DNA from: Spirochaetia bacterium
Lineage (GTDB): Bacteria; Spirochaetota; Spirochaetia; WTKD01; G963693115
Assembly (NCBI GenBank): GCA_965226055.1
Contig: CBDDCA010000002.1
Coordinates: forward strand, 64,001 to 128,000
Direction: 5' to 3'
Length of the DNA stretch: 64,000 nt
Below, piece after piece: positions 1-11,900 of the stretch. The position numbers were made by a program, and so were the translations under genes. Position 1 is the stretch's first letter; every line of letters begins with the position of its first letter. Under the pieces are notes generated by a model, which saw nothing but the letters and a program-made list of their open reading frames with translations, had not been told where the DNA came from and searched no databases.

Positions 1-82
1 GTAGATGAAGATAGTATGCCATATCATGGGAGAAGTGATTATATACATAACGGAGAATTTTGGAGTCGTTAGATGATATTAC

Positions 83-1163
83 TGCGGATTCAAGGACTAA
101 ATGCGACAGAAAAGGCTTCAGCAGGGGTCAAAAAATGAAGACATTTTCGTGGTCTATGATTGATAAGCGTTTGTACTTGTAGTATATCACTTTGCTTGAC
201 TCTATGAAACAAAGTCTTCTTAGGAAAGTACTGACGTAATAATCCAATAGAATGTTCGACTAATCCTTTTTCCCAAGCACAGTAAGGAGTACAAAAATAA
301 GAACGAGCATTCAGGCGTGTATTTATTTCAGTATGGAGCATAAATTCACTCCCATTATCATAAGTGAAACTGTTACATAAATGGCGTGGTATGTTCCTTA
401 GAGCAAAGAGCATGCCATACTGTACGGTATGAGCAGTTTTGTCAGGTATCTTATGAAAAAGAACATAACGGGTATGTTTTTCCACTAAAGCAAGCACAGT
501 AGCTTTTGAAGAAGAGCCAACAAGATCTACTTCCCAGTGGCCATATTCATTAGAAACATCGCCTCGTTCGTGTACTGAGACACGATGAGGGATACGAGAA
601 ACAGAAAAAGAACGAGATACTCTTCTTTTTTTGCGTGTTTGGTGCTGTTTTCGCAGATACTGTGTCAAATGAGGAGCAAAACGATAAATAAAGTGATATA
701 TTGTCTCATGACTGATAGTATACTGAGGCATATCAATACTGAGCCTTCCTGCTATTTGTTCAGGCGACCAGCCATCGAATATAAGGTGAAAAACGATATA
801 GGTACGAATAGTATGAGAAGGAATAGAGAGTTTTTTATGGCTCTTATCCCATCGTTTTCTTGCCTGTCTGTGAGCAATGACTTCATTATAGACATGTTTG
901 CCTCCATTGCGTTGTATTTCACGATAGACAGTGCTGCGATGGACACTGAGGCGTTTGGCTATAGCATTGATACTGTACTTTGCATGACGGAGCGTAGCGA
1001 TAATAGTACGATCTTTGTCTGTCAGATGACGAAATGAGTTTTTTGGTATACTCATAAAGGAGACCTCCTAATTTGTTTCGTTTATACAATTATAGAGTGT
1101 CTCCTTTTTTTATTTTTTCTTACTTTTTTTGCTCCTTTGTCGCATTTAATCCTTGAACTCGTG
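83..1163 (-). mobile_element. IS30-family insertion sequence, copy 1 (1081 bp)
   Basis: 26-bp imperfect terminal IRs TGCGGATTCAAGGACTAAATGCGACA (83-108) and CACGAGTTCAAGGATTAAATGCGACA (reverse strand, ending 1163); same length and ends as copy at 7702-8782. Confidence 0.93.
90..1055 (-). CDS. IS30-family transposase
   Basis: N-terminal HTH (IAKRLSVHRSTVYREIQRN), WSPEQIAGR, ISHETIY, DDE core GHWEVDLV...TYDNGSEF...WEKGLVEH, INHRPRKCL. Confidence 0.95.
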   Translation of the reverse strand: MSIPKNSFRHLTDKDRTIIATLRHAKYSINAIAKRLSVHRSTVYREIQRNGGKHVYNEVIAHRQARKRWDKSHKKLSIPSHTIRTYIVFHLIFDGWSPEQIAGRLSIDMPQYTISHETIYHFIYRFAPHLTQYLRKQHQTRKKRRVSRSFSVSRIPHRVSVHERGDVSNEYGHWEVDLVGSSSKATVLALVEKHTRYVLFHKIPDKTAHTVQYGMLFALRNIPRHLCNSFTYDNGSEFMLHTEINTRLNARSYFCTPYCAWEKGLVEHSIGLLRQYFPKKTLFHRVKQSDILQVQTLINHRPRKCLHFLTPAEAFSVAFSP

Positions 1164-1248
1164 TACATATAAAGAAATAAAAACACAATAATAGTATATT
1201 ATGTTATAATAAATGTGATACAATACATAATAATAAAAGGAGATGTAT

Positions 1249-4200
1249 ATGGATGAAAGAATAAGTAGCTTGAAAATCGGGGGGGGGGGGGGTACACTCT
1301 CGATATAAGCAAAACCTAACTATACTAGTAGTACTAGCAATAACTACCCTCGTACTCGTAGGATGTTCGGAGGGCAGTAGCAGTTCCTCAGGCGGAGGGG
1401 GAACGCCAGTAACACCGACACTCGCATCAGTGTCCAATGTGCAGATACAAGCAGCAGGCAACGATGGGACACTCTCGTTACGCTGGCAAGCTCCCAGTGA
1501 TGCTACGCATGTAGTTGTAAAAGCTACATCTACTGTACCAGCCCAGTCCATACAGGTGCGTGTTCCTGCAATAGAATATCGTGCATTGTTTCAACAAAAC
1601 AGACCCTACACCCTCAGAGGCTTACATGCTACTACCGATTATACTGTAGAGATAGAAGCCCAAAAATCAGACTCAGGCTCAGACACAGAAGTATCACCAA
1701 AAATAACACGCTCTGTGACAACCCTTAGCGATGAAACTGCACCGCAGGACACCTTTACACAGGTAGCAGTAGAATCAGCAACAAATGGCATAAAGATAAC
1801 ATGGGACAAAGCACTGCTCTCGTTAGGCAAGACAGACATAGCAGAAGCAATAATACAGGTGATAGAAAGCACCACTAATGTAAAAAAAGAAGTAACAGTA
1901 CAAGATGTAACACAAGGAGAAGTAACTATTGCTGTCCCTACTATAGACGGCATAAGCTATGATGTAACAGTAGTATACAGAGATAGCAATGGCAACGAAA
2001 GCACGGCAAAGCAAGCGCTCAGAGGCATAGTGCCATCAGCACTCTCACAAACAGTAACGCCACTTTCTGCATCAGATCTTACAGTAACAGCAAACGATAA
2101 AAGCAATAGCCCAGCCGATGAAAGCCTGCTTATCAAGTGGGATGATAAAGATGACAGCTTTGACTTTTCAAACAAAAGCCTCCAAGTACGCGTTATAGCA
2201 ACCGCAACAAATACAGTAGTAGCAGAGGAGACAATAGACAAAGATACAAGTGCAACAAATGTCAGCGGAGCAAGTGCAGACAACCAAGAGTACGCCACTG
2301 TGTATGTAGCAAAAGATGGCATAGCACTCACAAAACTCTACGGCACGCTTACTTACAAAGTAGAAGTGTATGTCTTTAAAAACGGAAAGTACTCCACTGC
2401 AGTGTCAAAAGAACAAGCAACAACCGACAAAAGCACAGAGCCTGTAAGCAATGTAAGTGCAGTAGGAGGAGCAACAAGCATAGTAGTAGGCTGGCAAGCC
2501 CCCGATGTACGAGACTACGCAGGAGTGAGTATAACAGCAACAGAAAAGGACAGCAGTACCGCGGCAAAGACAGTAACAATAACAGAGAGAACAGTACGCA
2601 ATACACAGATACCAGGCCTCAAAGCAACCACCGAGTATACAGTGGCAGTCGTGTCAATGGACAGTGCAGGCAACAAAGGAACAGAAGCAACAGCCACAGT
2701 AGCCACCGCAGCAGATAGCACCGCCCCCGATGCAGTAACAAGCATACAAGCAAGCTATCCTTTTGTATCAGCAGCAAAGATAGGAACACAGATAACATGG
2801 ACAGCCCCCGATACAACAAAAGCCAATAACAAAGATATAAAAGAGTACAGCGTAAGCATAGCAGAAAAAGGCACAAGCACCACAGTACTGAGCGAGAAGA
2901 AAATACCCTATCCCACAACATCACTCTCTGTCGAAGAACTCACGCAAGGCAAAACATACACCATAACAATACTCACGCTTGATTACTCAGAAAATAAAAG
3001 CACCCAAGCAACAAAAGACATAACCACCCCCAACTCACTCACAGCTCCTTCAGAGGATCTCTTTCAAAACAAGCCTACCCTAGACAAAACAGGAGCAATA
3101 CAAATAAAAGCAACTTTTAAGCAAGCTCCAGGCATAGGGCGATACTACACCCTGCGTATGAAAGATGGAGCAAACTTAATAGCAGAAAAAAGCATAACAA
3201 ACACAGCAACCACCATTAGCTTTGGGATAGCAGATGGCGTAGAAGTACCCAAGAGCCAAGCAAATAAAAAAGACTATCGCTTTGATTTTCTGCAAATAGC
3301 AAATAACAGAGTAAGCCCCGTAACCGCACTGAGTGATGCAGTAGCAGTATACGATAGCACCTCGACAGCACCGCCCGCTCCCAAAGATGCAAAGCTCACC
3401 GTAGAGTCAGTAACACAAACAACTGCAAAAGCAGTCTATACATTTAGTGCAGGAGACATTACTGACACCAACAAAGCTCCCAGTGGAAGCAAACTCACGC
3501 AAGCACAAATACAATACAAAGTATACATAGCAGCAGGAGACCACAGCACAAAGACACTAGACGAAATAAAAGCCCTTGCAGGAGTACAAACAAGAGAGCT
3601 AGCAGGAGATAGCACTCCATTAAAAGCAACATTTATAGGAACAAAAGGAGCAGACTATACCGCAGGAGTAGAAGCGATAAACAGCCTCAATCCCGCCTAT
3701 AGCATAGGAGCATCAGTAACAATAAAGAAAGCAACGCTTACCGCTCCCCCAAGCACACCAAAAGTAACAACCTACACTAACAGTAATGCAGTGGTATTTG
3801 CAGTGCCTACAACAGGAAGCAACAGAGGGAAAAAAGTCATAACAGTACAGCTCAATGCCTCAGCTATAGCAGGAGTGAGCAAAGCAAATGGCAATGCCCT
3901 TGAAGCGACAGATCTTGCCTACTATGTGCTATACCTCAAGAAAGAAGATACCACAGGAAAGCCTGCCAGCGTATCAGCCTTGTGGGCAGTGGAAAAAAGT
4001 AGTGTAAAAGTAGCAAAGTATGTAAAAGCAACAGGAACAACTCAAGACACAATATCCATAGCAATAGTAGACAGCACCAGTGGAAGCAATGCAGGAGCAA
4101 CGCCCATAGAAACAGCAAAAGACTACTACATAGGAGTGAGGATAGTAAACACAACATCCCCTAATTACGATGCAACAAATAGCGACAAGCTCTTTCCTGC

Positions 4201-6001
4201 AGGCTTTTACACCGATGTAACAGAAATAAAGGAAATCTATACTTCCAAAGCAGTAGCACCCAGCCAGTCATTACTCACAGGAAAGCTGGTAGTATCACAG
4301 TCAACAAACACAGCAGGCACAATAAAGCTGGTACTTACCGAGCTAAGCACATTTACAGGAGCAAAAGACTACGATGGCACAAGCATAACAGCAAGCAATC
4401 AGCTAGTATACACAGTATATGGCTTACAGAAAGACACTGACCCTACAGTAGCAGAAGTACTTGCAGGCAGAAAAGTAAACCTAGGCAGTGTAAGTAGCGG
4501 AGTGTACACAGTACCAGCCCTTGCCAGTTTAGGCTTGTCATCAGACACAGCACCAGTAGTAGCAGTAAAAGGAGCGACAAAGTATTACTTTGTGGTAGAA
4601 GTAGCAGTAAAAACAGATACAAGCAAGAAAGTAGCATCCTCAACAGTGGCAAGCGTAACAACCGCATCGCAGGCGACTGCCCCCGCAGAAGTAACAAGCA
4701 TACAAACAAGAGTAGCCCAGACAGGTATGAGAGTATCGTGGACAGCTCCCAGCCTCAGTGCAAGCCACAAAGCAAATACAGGCGATGCCCTAACAGTAGC
4801 ACAAGTATCGTACAAAGTATACAAAGTAGCCAAAAGTGGCAGTGCAAGAAGCGTAACAGCGATAAAAAATGCAGACTCAAGCCCCACAACAGTAGCAGCA
4901 GGAACAACAAACACTACCCTGACAGGATTGACAAATGGAACGACCTACGAAATAGTAGTACAAGCAGTAAACAGCACCGATCCTACAAAAGCATCGACAG
5001 GAGAACGCCACGAGTTTGAAGTAAGTGCAATATCTATAGGAAACATTAGCATAGTATCAGCAGAAGTAGGTACAGCACTAGCATCAAATACTACAAGAGT
5101 ATTAGCAAGCACACCCAGTGGCAATGCCTTTACCTGTGATGCCACCATACTAGAGGCAGATGCAAAGAAAATCAAAAAAGAAACAGGCCTTACAGTATCG
5201 TTTGATCAGAGTAGCAAAACAGTTACCATAACAGGCATAGCAAATAAGTCCAATATACGTGACCCTAATATTACTGAGTATAGCTATGATGTAGCACAGT
5301 GTACAATAACCGCTTCAAAGAAAAAAGTACCAGCCACTATCGTTATACGTACAGATATAAGAACAGCACCATCAGGAAAAGCAGCTACCTATTACAGACC
5401 AACAACAAAATCAGCACTACAAACTATTATCAGTGAAGAAAAAACAAGACAAGGTTCAGGAGGAAACAGTAACCCTAGCCCCAACCTCAACATGATAGAC
5501 ACCAGTGCCATTACTGATATGAATAGTTTATTTAGGGATGATAGTACTTTTAATGGAGATATAACACAGTGGAATACCAGTGATGTAACGGATATGGGGG
5601 CTATGTTTGCTAGTACTAGTGCTTTTAATCAAGATATAGGAGCTTGGGATATAAGCAAGGTTACTAATACGAGTTCAATGTTTGATAATGCTGAAGCTTT
5701 TAATCAAGACATAGGAAACTGGAATGTGAGTAATGTTACGGGTTCAACATTTATGTTTGCTGGTGCTAGTGCTTTTAATCAAGACATAGGAAACTGGAAT
5801 GTGCGGAAGTTTCGTTGGATTGATGCTAATTTTCCATACCTTGCTATATTTAATGGTGCTTCTAAATTTGATCAAGATTTATCATCATGGAAATTGTGTA
5901 GCATATCAAGGATACATCCTAATGATTTCAAAAATTCAGCTATGGAAGGCAAAACAGCACAGTACCCAAAGGTTGCTGGTAGTTCAGCATGTACATCGTA
6001 G
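1249..6001 (+). CDS. Large surface lipoprotein (FN3-like repeats + C-terminal DUF285/BspA repeats), frameshifted at a poly-G tract in the signal peptide region
   Basis: AGGAG RBS at 1238-1242, ATG at 1249; with G14 the frame stops at TAA after 19 codons, with G13 it reads through the lipobox VLVGC into the 1430-6001 ORF; WQAP/WTAP FN3-like motifs; FNQDIGNWNVS repeats; paralogue of 8988-13700. Confidence 0.85.
1279..1292 (+). repeat. G14 homopolymer, candidate phase-variation tract
   Basis: aaaatc-G14-tacac; the paralogue at 55200-55206 has GAGGGGG (7 nt, in frame). Confidence 0.85.
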
Positions 6002-6049
6002 CATATATGTAGACAGAGCTATGGCAAGAAGGTAGAGAAAAGAGGATGA

Positions 6050-6163
6050 GTGGAGCATTCTATTGGATGCTCCATCAGTACTTATACTTTCCTAAAAATT
6101 CCTAAAAACTTGTCTTTCTCTGTAAAACAACGTGATATACTACAAATACAAAGCGTATCAATA
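6050..6163 (+). pseudogene. Degenerate IS30 transposase 3' fragment
   Basis: Translates EHSIG...VKQRDILQIQ versus EHSIGLLRQYFPKK...VKQSDILQVQ in the intact transposases; DNA aligns with about 8606-8710. Confidence 0.75.
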
Positions 6164-6178
6164 GCAGTACTTACTGTT

Positions 6179-7018
6179 TTAGTTAGTACTTGCTTTGGTA
6201 GTACAGCTATTCTTCCATGTAGGTGGTGTATATTTGCTTCCGTTAGTCTTAAAGGCATCTTTACAATACATAACTTTATCTACATTCCATTTAGATAAGT
6301 TTTTATTAAATGGAGTAGTATTTACAAAAGTATCAGTCATGTCAGTTACTTTACTTACATTCCATTTACTAATATCGTCATTAAATTTAGTGGATGCTCC
6401 AAATAAAGATTTCATATTTGTTATATTGCTAGTATCCCAACCTGATATGATTCCATTAAAATTTCCATAAATAGCGTTTTTGTTATCTGATGATAAAACA
6501 TTTTTCAAGGATGTCATTTTACCAATATCAATATGGAGTAAATTAGGAGTATTATTATCAATAGTACCATCATCATTAGTATCCATTATATTCTTTATAT
6601 ACTTATCTAATTCTTCAGGTGTGCTAAAGGATTTTGTATATTTTAATTTCAACTTAAACTGTCCTTTTTGTTCACTGCCTTTTCGTACAAGGTAAATAAC
6701 AAAATCTTTAGTCAAGTCATTAAAATTGCTATCTCTATTGTTATCTGGCGTACCTGATAACTGCACTCCATTATCTACTTTCTTAAGTGAAAGTCCATTA
6801 GGCAAAGGTTTATCTGTAGTATATGTGTCAGATTTATTATATCCATCAAAAGTCATTGTGGATATACTGCTAATAGTCTCATTTATAGAAAGTGTAAATT
6901 CTGGTAATTTTGATAAAACTGACCCTGTGCTTGATGTTGTGTCACTTTCACAACTTGCCAATAAAATACTTGTAATACTAATTACAAGAGTAAAAAATAA
7001 TAATTTTGTTAGTTTCAT
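6179..7018 (-). CDS. Lipoprotein with DUF285/BspA-type repeats
   Basis: Lipobox SILLASC; FNGIISGWDTSNITNM, FNDDISKWNVSKVTDM, FNKNLSKWNV repeats; GGAGG RBS. Confidence 0.85.
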   Translation of the reverse strand: MKLTKLLFFTLVISITSILLASCESDTTSSTGSVLSKLPEFTLSINETISSISTMTFDGYNKSDTYTTDKPLPNGLSLKKVDNGVQLSGTPDNNRDSNFNDLTKDFVIYLVRKGSEQKGQFKLKLKYTKSFSTPEELDKYIKNIMDTNDDGTIDNNTPNLLHIDIGKMTSLKNVLSSDNKNAIYGNFNGIISGWDTSNITNMKSLFGASTKFNDDISKWNVSKVTDMTDTFVNTTPFNKNLSKWNVDKVMYCKDAFKTNGSKYTPPTWKNSCTTKASTN

Positions 7019-7152
7019 TTTGAAACCTCCTTCTTTAATTTTTAGTTGTATATGCAGTTAAAATATAGAGATTTGCACTAATATTTTTCTGTATCTGTGT
7101 TAATGATAGAAATATTTACTAATGTCTTTAATTTTTGATAAATCAGATTGAT

Positions 7153-7641
7153 TTAGTCTAATTTTGTTACATAGCTTAGCCTCTTAAATGGTATAGTAGT
7201 GTCTTGTGCATACTTTTGTTTCTCATATGCTGTTTTAGGATTTTTATTTCTTACCTTTTTTATCAAATCATCTTTATGATGTTCTATGATTTTATCTGCA
7301 TTAATTTCTTTTGCCACATTATTACCTTTCTCAGACAAGGATATTGGGCTGTTGCTTTGAACAAAAGATGCTACTTTTATTTCTTTTGAACCCAAAATAG
7401 TCCCTATTGCTTCTAGTATTTTCCATGGAATATCTCCCATTTTATTATTGAGAGATTTTATGTCATTATTAAGAGATTTCATATCATTTTTTATTTCAGT
7501 AATATTTTTTTCATTATTAGCTATTTTTTCCTTATATTTCCCAGTCATTATAAAATAAGAAATTACTGGGACCAGTACACCGATGCTACTTATAATAATT
7601 GTTATAATAAATTTTACAGTTTCACTCATAATAAAAAACAA
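7153..7641 (-). CDS. Hypothetical membrane-anchored coiled-coil protein (possibly 3'-truncated)
   Basis: N-terminal TM helix followed by IKNDMKSLNNDIKSLNNK heptads; very AT-rich. Confidence 0.55.
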   Translation of the reverse strand: MFFIMSETVKFIITIIISSIGVLVPVISYFIMTGKYKEKIANNEKNITEIKNDMKSLNNDIKSLNNKMGDIPWKILEAIGTILGSKEIKVASFVQSNSPISLSEKGNNVAKEINADKIIEHHKDDLIKKVRNKNPKTAYEKQKYAQDTTIPFKRLSYVTKLD

Positions 7642-7701
7642 TAACCTTACTTAATTATAACACATGTATTAGAATATATCAACATAACTGGCACTTTCAA
7701 C

Positions 7702-8782
7702 CACGAGTTCAAGGATTAAATGCGACAAAGGAGCAAAAAAAGTAAGAAAAAATAAAAAAAGGAGACACTCTATAATTGTATAAACGAAACAAATTAGGAG
7801 GTCTCCTTTATGAGTATACCAAAAAACTCATTTCGTCATCTGACAGAGAAAGATCGTACTATTATCGCTACGCTCCGTCATGCAAAGTACAGTGTCAATG
7901 CTATAGCCAAACGCCTCAGTGTCCATCGCAGCACTGTCTATCGTGAAATACAACGCAATGGGGGCAAACGTGTCTATAATGAAGTCATTGCTCACAGACG
8001 GGCAAGAAAACGATGGGAACAGAGTCATACAAAACACTCTGTTCTTTCTCATACTATTCGTACCTATATCGTTTTTCACCTTATTTTCGATGGCTGGTCG
8101 CCCGAACAAATAGCAGGAAGGCTCAGTATTGATATGCCTCAGTATGCTATCAGTCATGAGACGATATATCACTTTATTTACCGTTTCGCTCCTCATTTGA
8201 CACAGTATCTGCGAAAACAGCACCAAACACGCAAAAAAAGAACCATATCTCACTCTTTTTCTGTTTCTCGTATCCCTCATCGTGTCTCAGTACACGAACG
8301 AGGCGATGTTTCTAATGAATATGGCCACTGGGAAGTAGATCTTGTTGGCTCTTCTTCAAAAGCTACTGTGCTTGCTTTAGTGGAAAAACATACCCGTTAT
8401 GTTCTTTTTCATAAGATACCTGACAAAACTGCTCATACCGTACAGTATGGCATGCTCTTTGCTCTAAGGAACATACCACGCCATTTATGTAACAGTTTCA
8501 CTTATGATAATGGGAGTGAATTTATGCTCCATACTGAAATAAATACACGCTTGAATGCTCGTTCTTATTTTTGTACTCCTTACTGTGCTTGGGAAAAAGG
8601 ATTAGTCGAACATTCTATTGGATTATTACGTCAGTACTTTCCTAAGAAGACTTTGTTTCATAGAGTCAAGCAAAGTGATATACTACAAGTACAAACGCTT
8701 ATCAATCATAGACCACGAAAATGTCTTCATTTTTTGACCCCTGCTGAAGCCTTTTCTGTCGCATTTAGTCCTTGAATCCGCA
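7702..8782 (+). mobile_element. IS30-family insertion sequence, copy 2 (1081 bp), inverted relative to copy 1
   Basis: Same 26-bp IRs: CACGAGTTCAAGG... at 7702 and ...CCTTGAATCCGCA ending 8782. Confidence 0.93.
7810..8775 (+). CDS. IS30-family transposase
   Basis: 321 aa, near-identical to 90-1055; amino-acid differences confined to the N-terminal half. Confidence 0.95.
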   Translation: MSIPKNSFRHLTEKDRTIIATLRHAKYSVNAIAKRLSVHRSTVYREIQRNGGKRVYNEVIAHRRARKRWEQSHTKHSVLSHTIRTYIVFHLIFDGWSPEQIAGRLSIDMPQYAISHETIYHFIYRFAPHLTQYLRKQHQTRKKRTISHSFSVSRIPHRVSVHERGDVSNEYGHWEVDLVGSSSKATVLALVEKHTRYVLFHKIPDKTAHTVQYGMLFALRNIPRHLCNSFTYDNGSEFMLHTEINTRLNARSYFCTPYCAWEKGLVEHSIGLLRQYFPKKTLFHRVKQSDILQVQTLINHRPRKCLHFLTPAEAFSVAFSP

Positions 8783-8868
8783 GCCTCGTGTGATTCTTCT
8801 TTTTCATAGCATCTCTATTGTAGCATTATTATCACTTTTTGCTATGCATTTTTGTGTAATCCAGTGTA

Positions 8869-8882
8869 TTTTTTTTTTTTTT
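8869..8882 (+). repeat. T14 homopolymer upstream of lipoprotein promoter region
   Basis: 14 consecutive T about 105 bp before ATG 8988, upstream of TATAAT boxes near 8920 and 8942. Confidence 0.6.
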
Positions 8883-8987
8883 AATTTTCAGGCATAACAC
8901 AAAAAATAGTATTTTTGCTATAATGATACTTGTGTACTGTGTATAATGGCAATTATACAATAAATAGATAATTATAAGGAGAACATT

Positions 8988-11900
8988 ATGAAAAAAAGTA
9001 ATGAAAAACTAAACTATCAGATAAATAGTAAGCTGAACATATTTATAGTTGTTGCGCTATTTTTAGTGCTAGCAATGACTATCCTCGTACTCGTAGGATG
9101 TTCGGAGGGCAGTAGCAGTTCATCAGGCGGAGGGGGAAAACAGGTAACACCGACACTCGCATCAGTGTCCAATGTGCAGATAGAATCAGCAAGCAACGAT
9201 GGGACGCTCTCGTTACGCTGGCAAGCTCCCAGCGAAGCCACGCATGTAGTCGTAAAAGCTACATCAACAACGCCAGCACAATCAATAGAAGTGCGTGTTC
9301 CTGCAATAGAATATCGTACATTGTTTCAACAAAACAGACCCTACACCCTCAGAGGCTTGCATGCTACTACCGATTATACTGTAGAGATAGAAGCCCAGAA
9401 GTCAAACTCAGGCTCAGATACAGAAGTATCACCAAAAACAACCCGCTCTGTGACAACATTGACAGATACAACGAAACCTCAAGATACCTTCAACAAGGTA
9501 GCAGTAGAATCAGCAACAAATGGCATAAAGATAACATGGGACAAAGCACTGCTCTCGTCAGGCAAAACAGACATAGCAGAAGCCATAGTACAGGTGATAG
9601 AAAGCACCACTAATGTAAAGACAGAAGTAACAGTACAAGATGTAACACAAGGAGAAGTAACTATTGCAGTGCCCACCATAGACGGCATAAGCTATGATGT
9701 AGTAGTAGTATACAGAGATAGCAATGGCAACGAAAGCACGGCAAAGCAAGCGCTCAGAGGCATAGTGCCATCAGCACTCTCACAAACAGTAGCAGCACTG
9801 CCAGAGGCAGATCTTACAGTAACAGCAAACGATAAAAGCAATAGCCCAGCCGATGAAAGCCTGCTTATTACGTGGGGAAACTTTACCTTTACAGATAAAA
9901 ATCTCCAAGTACGAGTGATAGCAACAGCAACAAATACTCTCATAGCATACGAAACAGTGAGCAATAGTAGTACAGCCAAACTCAGTTCTGCAAGTGCAGA
10001 CAACCAGGAGTACGCCACTGTATATGTAGCAAAGGACGGTATAGCACTCACAAAACTTTACGGCACGCTTACTTACAAAGTAGAAGTGTATGTTTCTAAA
10101 AATGGAAAGTACTCCACTGCAGTGTCAAAAGAACAAGCAACAACAGACAAAAGCACAGAGCCTGTAAGCAATGTGAGTGCAGTAGGAGGAGCAGATAGCA
10201 TAGTAGTCGGCTGGCAAGCCCCCGATGTAAGAGACTATGCAGGAGTGACTATAACAGTAACAGAAAAAGACGGTCCTGCAAAGACAGTAACAATAACAGA
10301 GAGAACACTAAGAAACACGCAGATAACAGGCCTCAAAGCCACTACCGAGTACAGCATAGCAGTACAGTCACAAGATTACACAGGCAACAAAGGAGCAAAA
10401 ATAACAGCAACCACCACCACAGTAGATGATGGCATCGCCCCCGATGCAGTAACAAGCATACAAGCAAGCTATCCCTTTGTATCACCCACAAAGATAAGCA
10501 CACAGATAACATGGACAGCCCCCGATACAACAAAAGCCAATAACAAAGACATAAAAGAATACAGCGTAAGCATAGCAGAAAAAGGCACAAGCACCACAGT
10601 AGTAAATGAGAAAAAAGTAGCCTATCCCACAACAGCACTCTCTGTAGAAGAACTCACACAAGGAAAAACATACACCATAACAATACAAGCAATAGACTAT
10701 GCAGGAAATAAAAGCACACAAGCGACAAAAGACATAACTACTCCGCAACCCACAGCTCCGTCAGAAGATCTTTTTCAAAACAAGCCTAGCTTAGACACAA
10801 CAGGAGCAATACAAATAAAAGCAACCTTTAAGCAAGCTCCAGGCATAGGAAGCTACTACACTCTGCGTATGTACGATGGAGCTACACTGGTAGCAGAAAA
10901 AAGCATAACAGCAAGTGTAACAGCCATTAGCTTTGGGATAGCAGATGGCTTGGAAGTACCTAAGGTACAAGCAAATGCCAAGAATTATCGCTTTACCTTT
11001 TTGACAATAGCAAATAACATAGTAAGCCCTGTAACTACTCTTTCCGATACTGTGGCAGTATACGATAGTACCTCAACAGCACCGCCCGCTGCAAAAGATG
11101 CAAAGCTCTCCGTAGAGTCAGTAACACAAGTAACAGCAACAGCAGTCTATACATTTAGTGCAGGAGATATTACTGATACTAACAAAGCACCCAGTGGAAG
11201 CAAACTTACACAGGCACAAATACAGTACAAAGTATACATAGCAGAGGGAGATCACAGCACAAAAACACTAGAGGCAATAAAAGGCCTTGCAGGAGTACAA
11301 ACACAGAATATAGCAGGAGACAGTACCTTACAAGTAAGATTTATAGGAACGAAAGGAGCAGACTATACTGCAGGAGTAGAAGCGATAAACAGCCTCAATC
11401 CCTCGTATAGCATAGGAACATCAGCAACAATAAAGAAAGCAACGCTTACCGCACCACCAAATACCCCAAAAAGCACCACCTACACTAACAGTAACGCAGT
11501 GGTATTTGCAGTGCCTAGCACAGGAAGCAATAGAGGGAAAAAAGTCATAACAGTACAGCTTAATGCCTCAGCAATAGCAGGAGTGAGCAAGGCAAATGGC
11601 AATGCCCTTGAAGCGACAGACCTTGCCTACTATGTGCTATACCTCAAGAAAGAAGATACCACAGGAAAGCCTGCCAGTGTATCAGCACTATGGGCAACAG
11701 AGAAAAGCAGTGTAAAAGTAGCAAAATACACAAAAGCAACAGGAACAACTCAATCAACCATATCCATAGCAATAGTGGACAGCACCAGTGGAAGCAGTGC
11801 AGGAGCAACGCCCATAGAAACAGCAAAAGATTACTACATAGGAGTGAGGATAGTAAACACAACATCACCCAATTACGATGCAACAAATAGTGACAAACTC

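Noticed and set aside
1-72. Possible 3' end of a gene (VDEDSMPYHGRSDYIHNGEFWSR*)
   Set aside because: Too short to identify
585-1037. 150-aa antisense ORF conserved in both IS30 copies (also 7828-8280)
   Set aside because: Conservation is explained by IS duplication; no RBS or recognisable motif
5500-6001. Diversity-generating retroelement target in the variable C-terminus
   Set aside because: No reverse transcriptase or template repeat in the window, and differences are not adenine-specific
8783-8790. GC+CTCGTG after the IS right end as an IS30 dimer junction
   Set aside because: Only 6 bp and in the wrong orientation for an IRR-2bp-IRL junction
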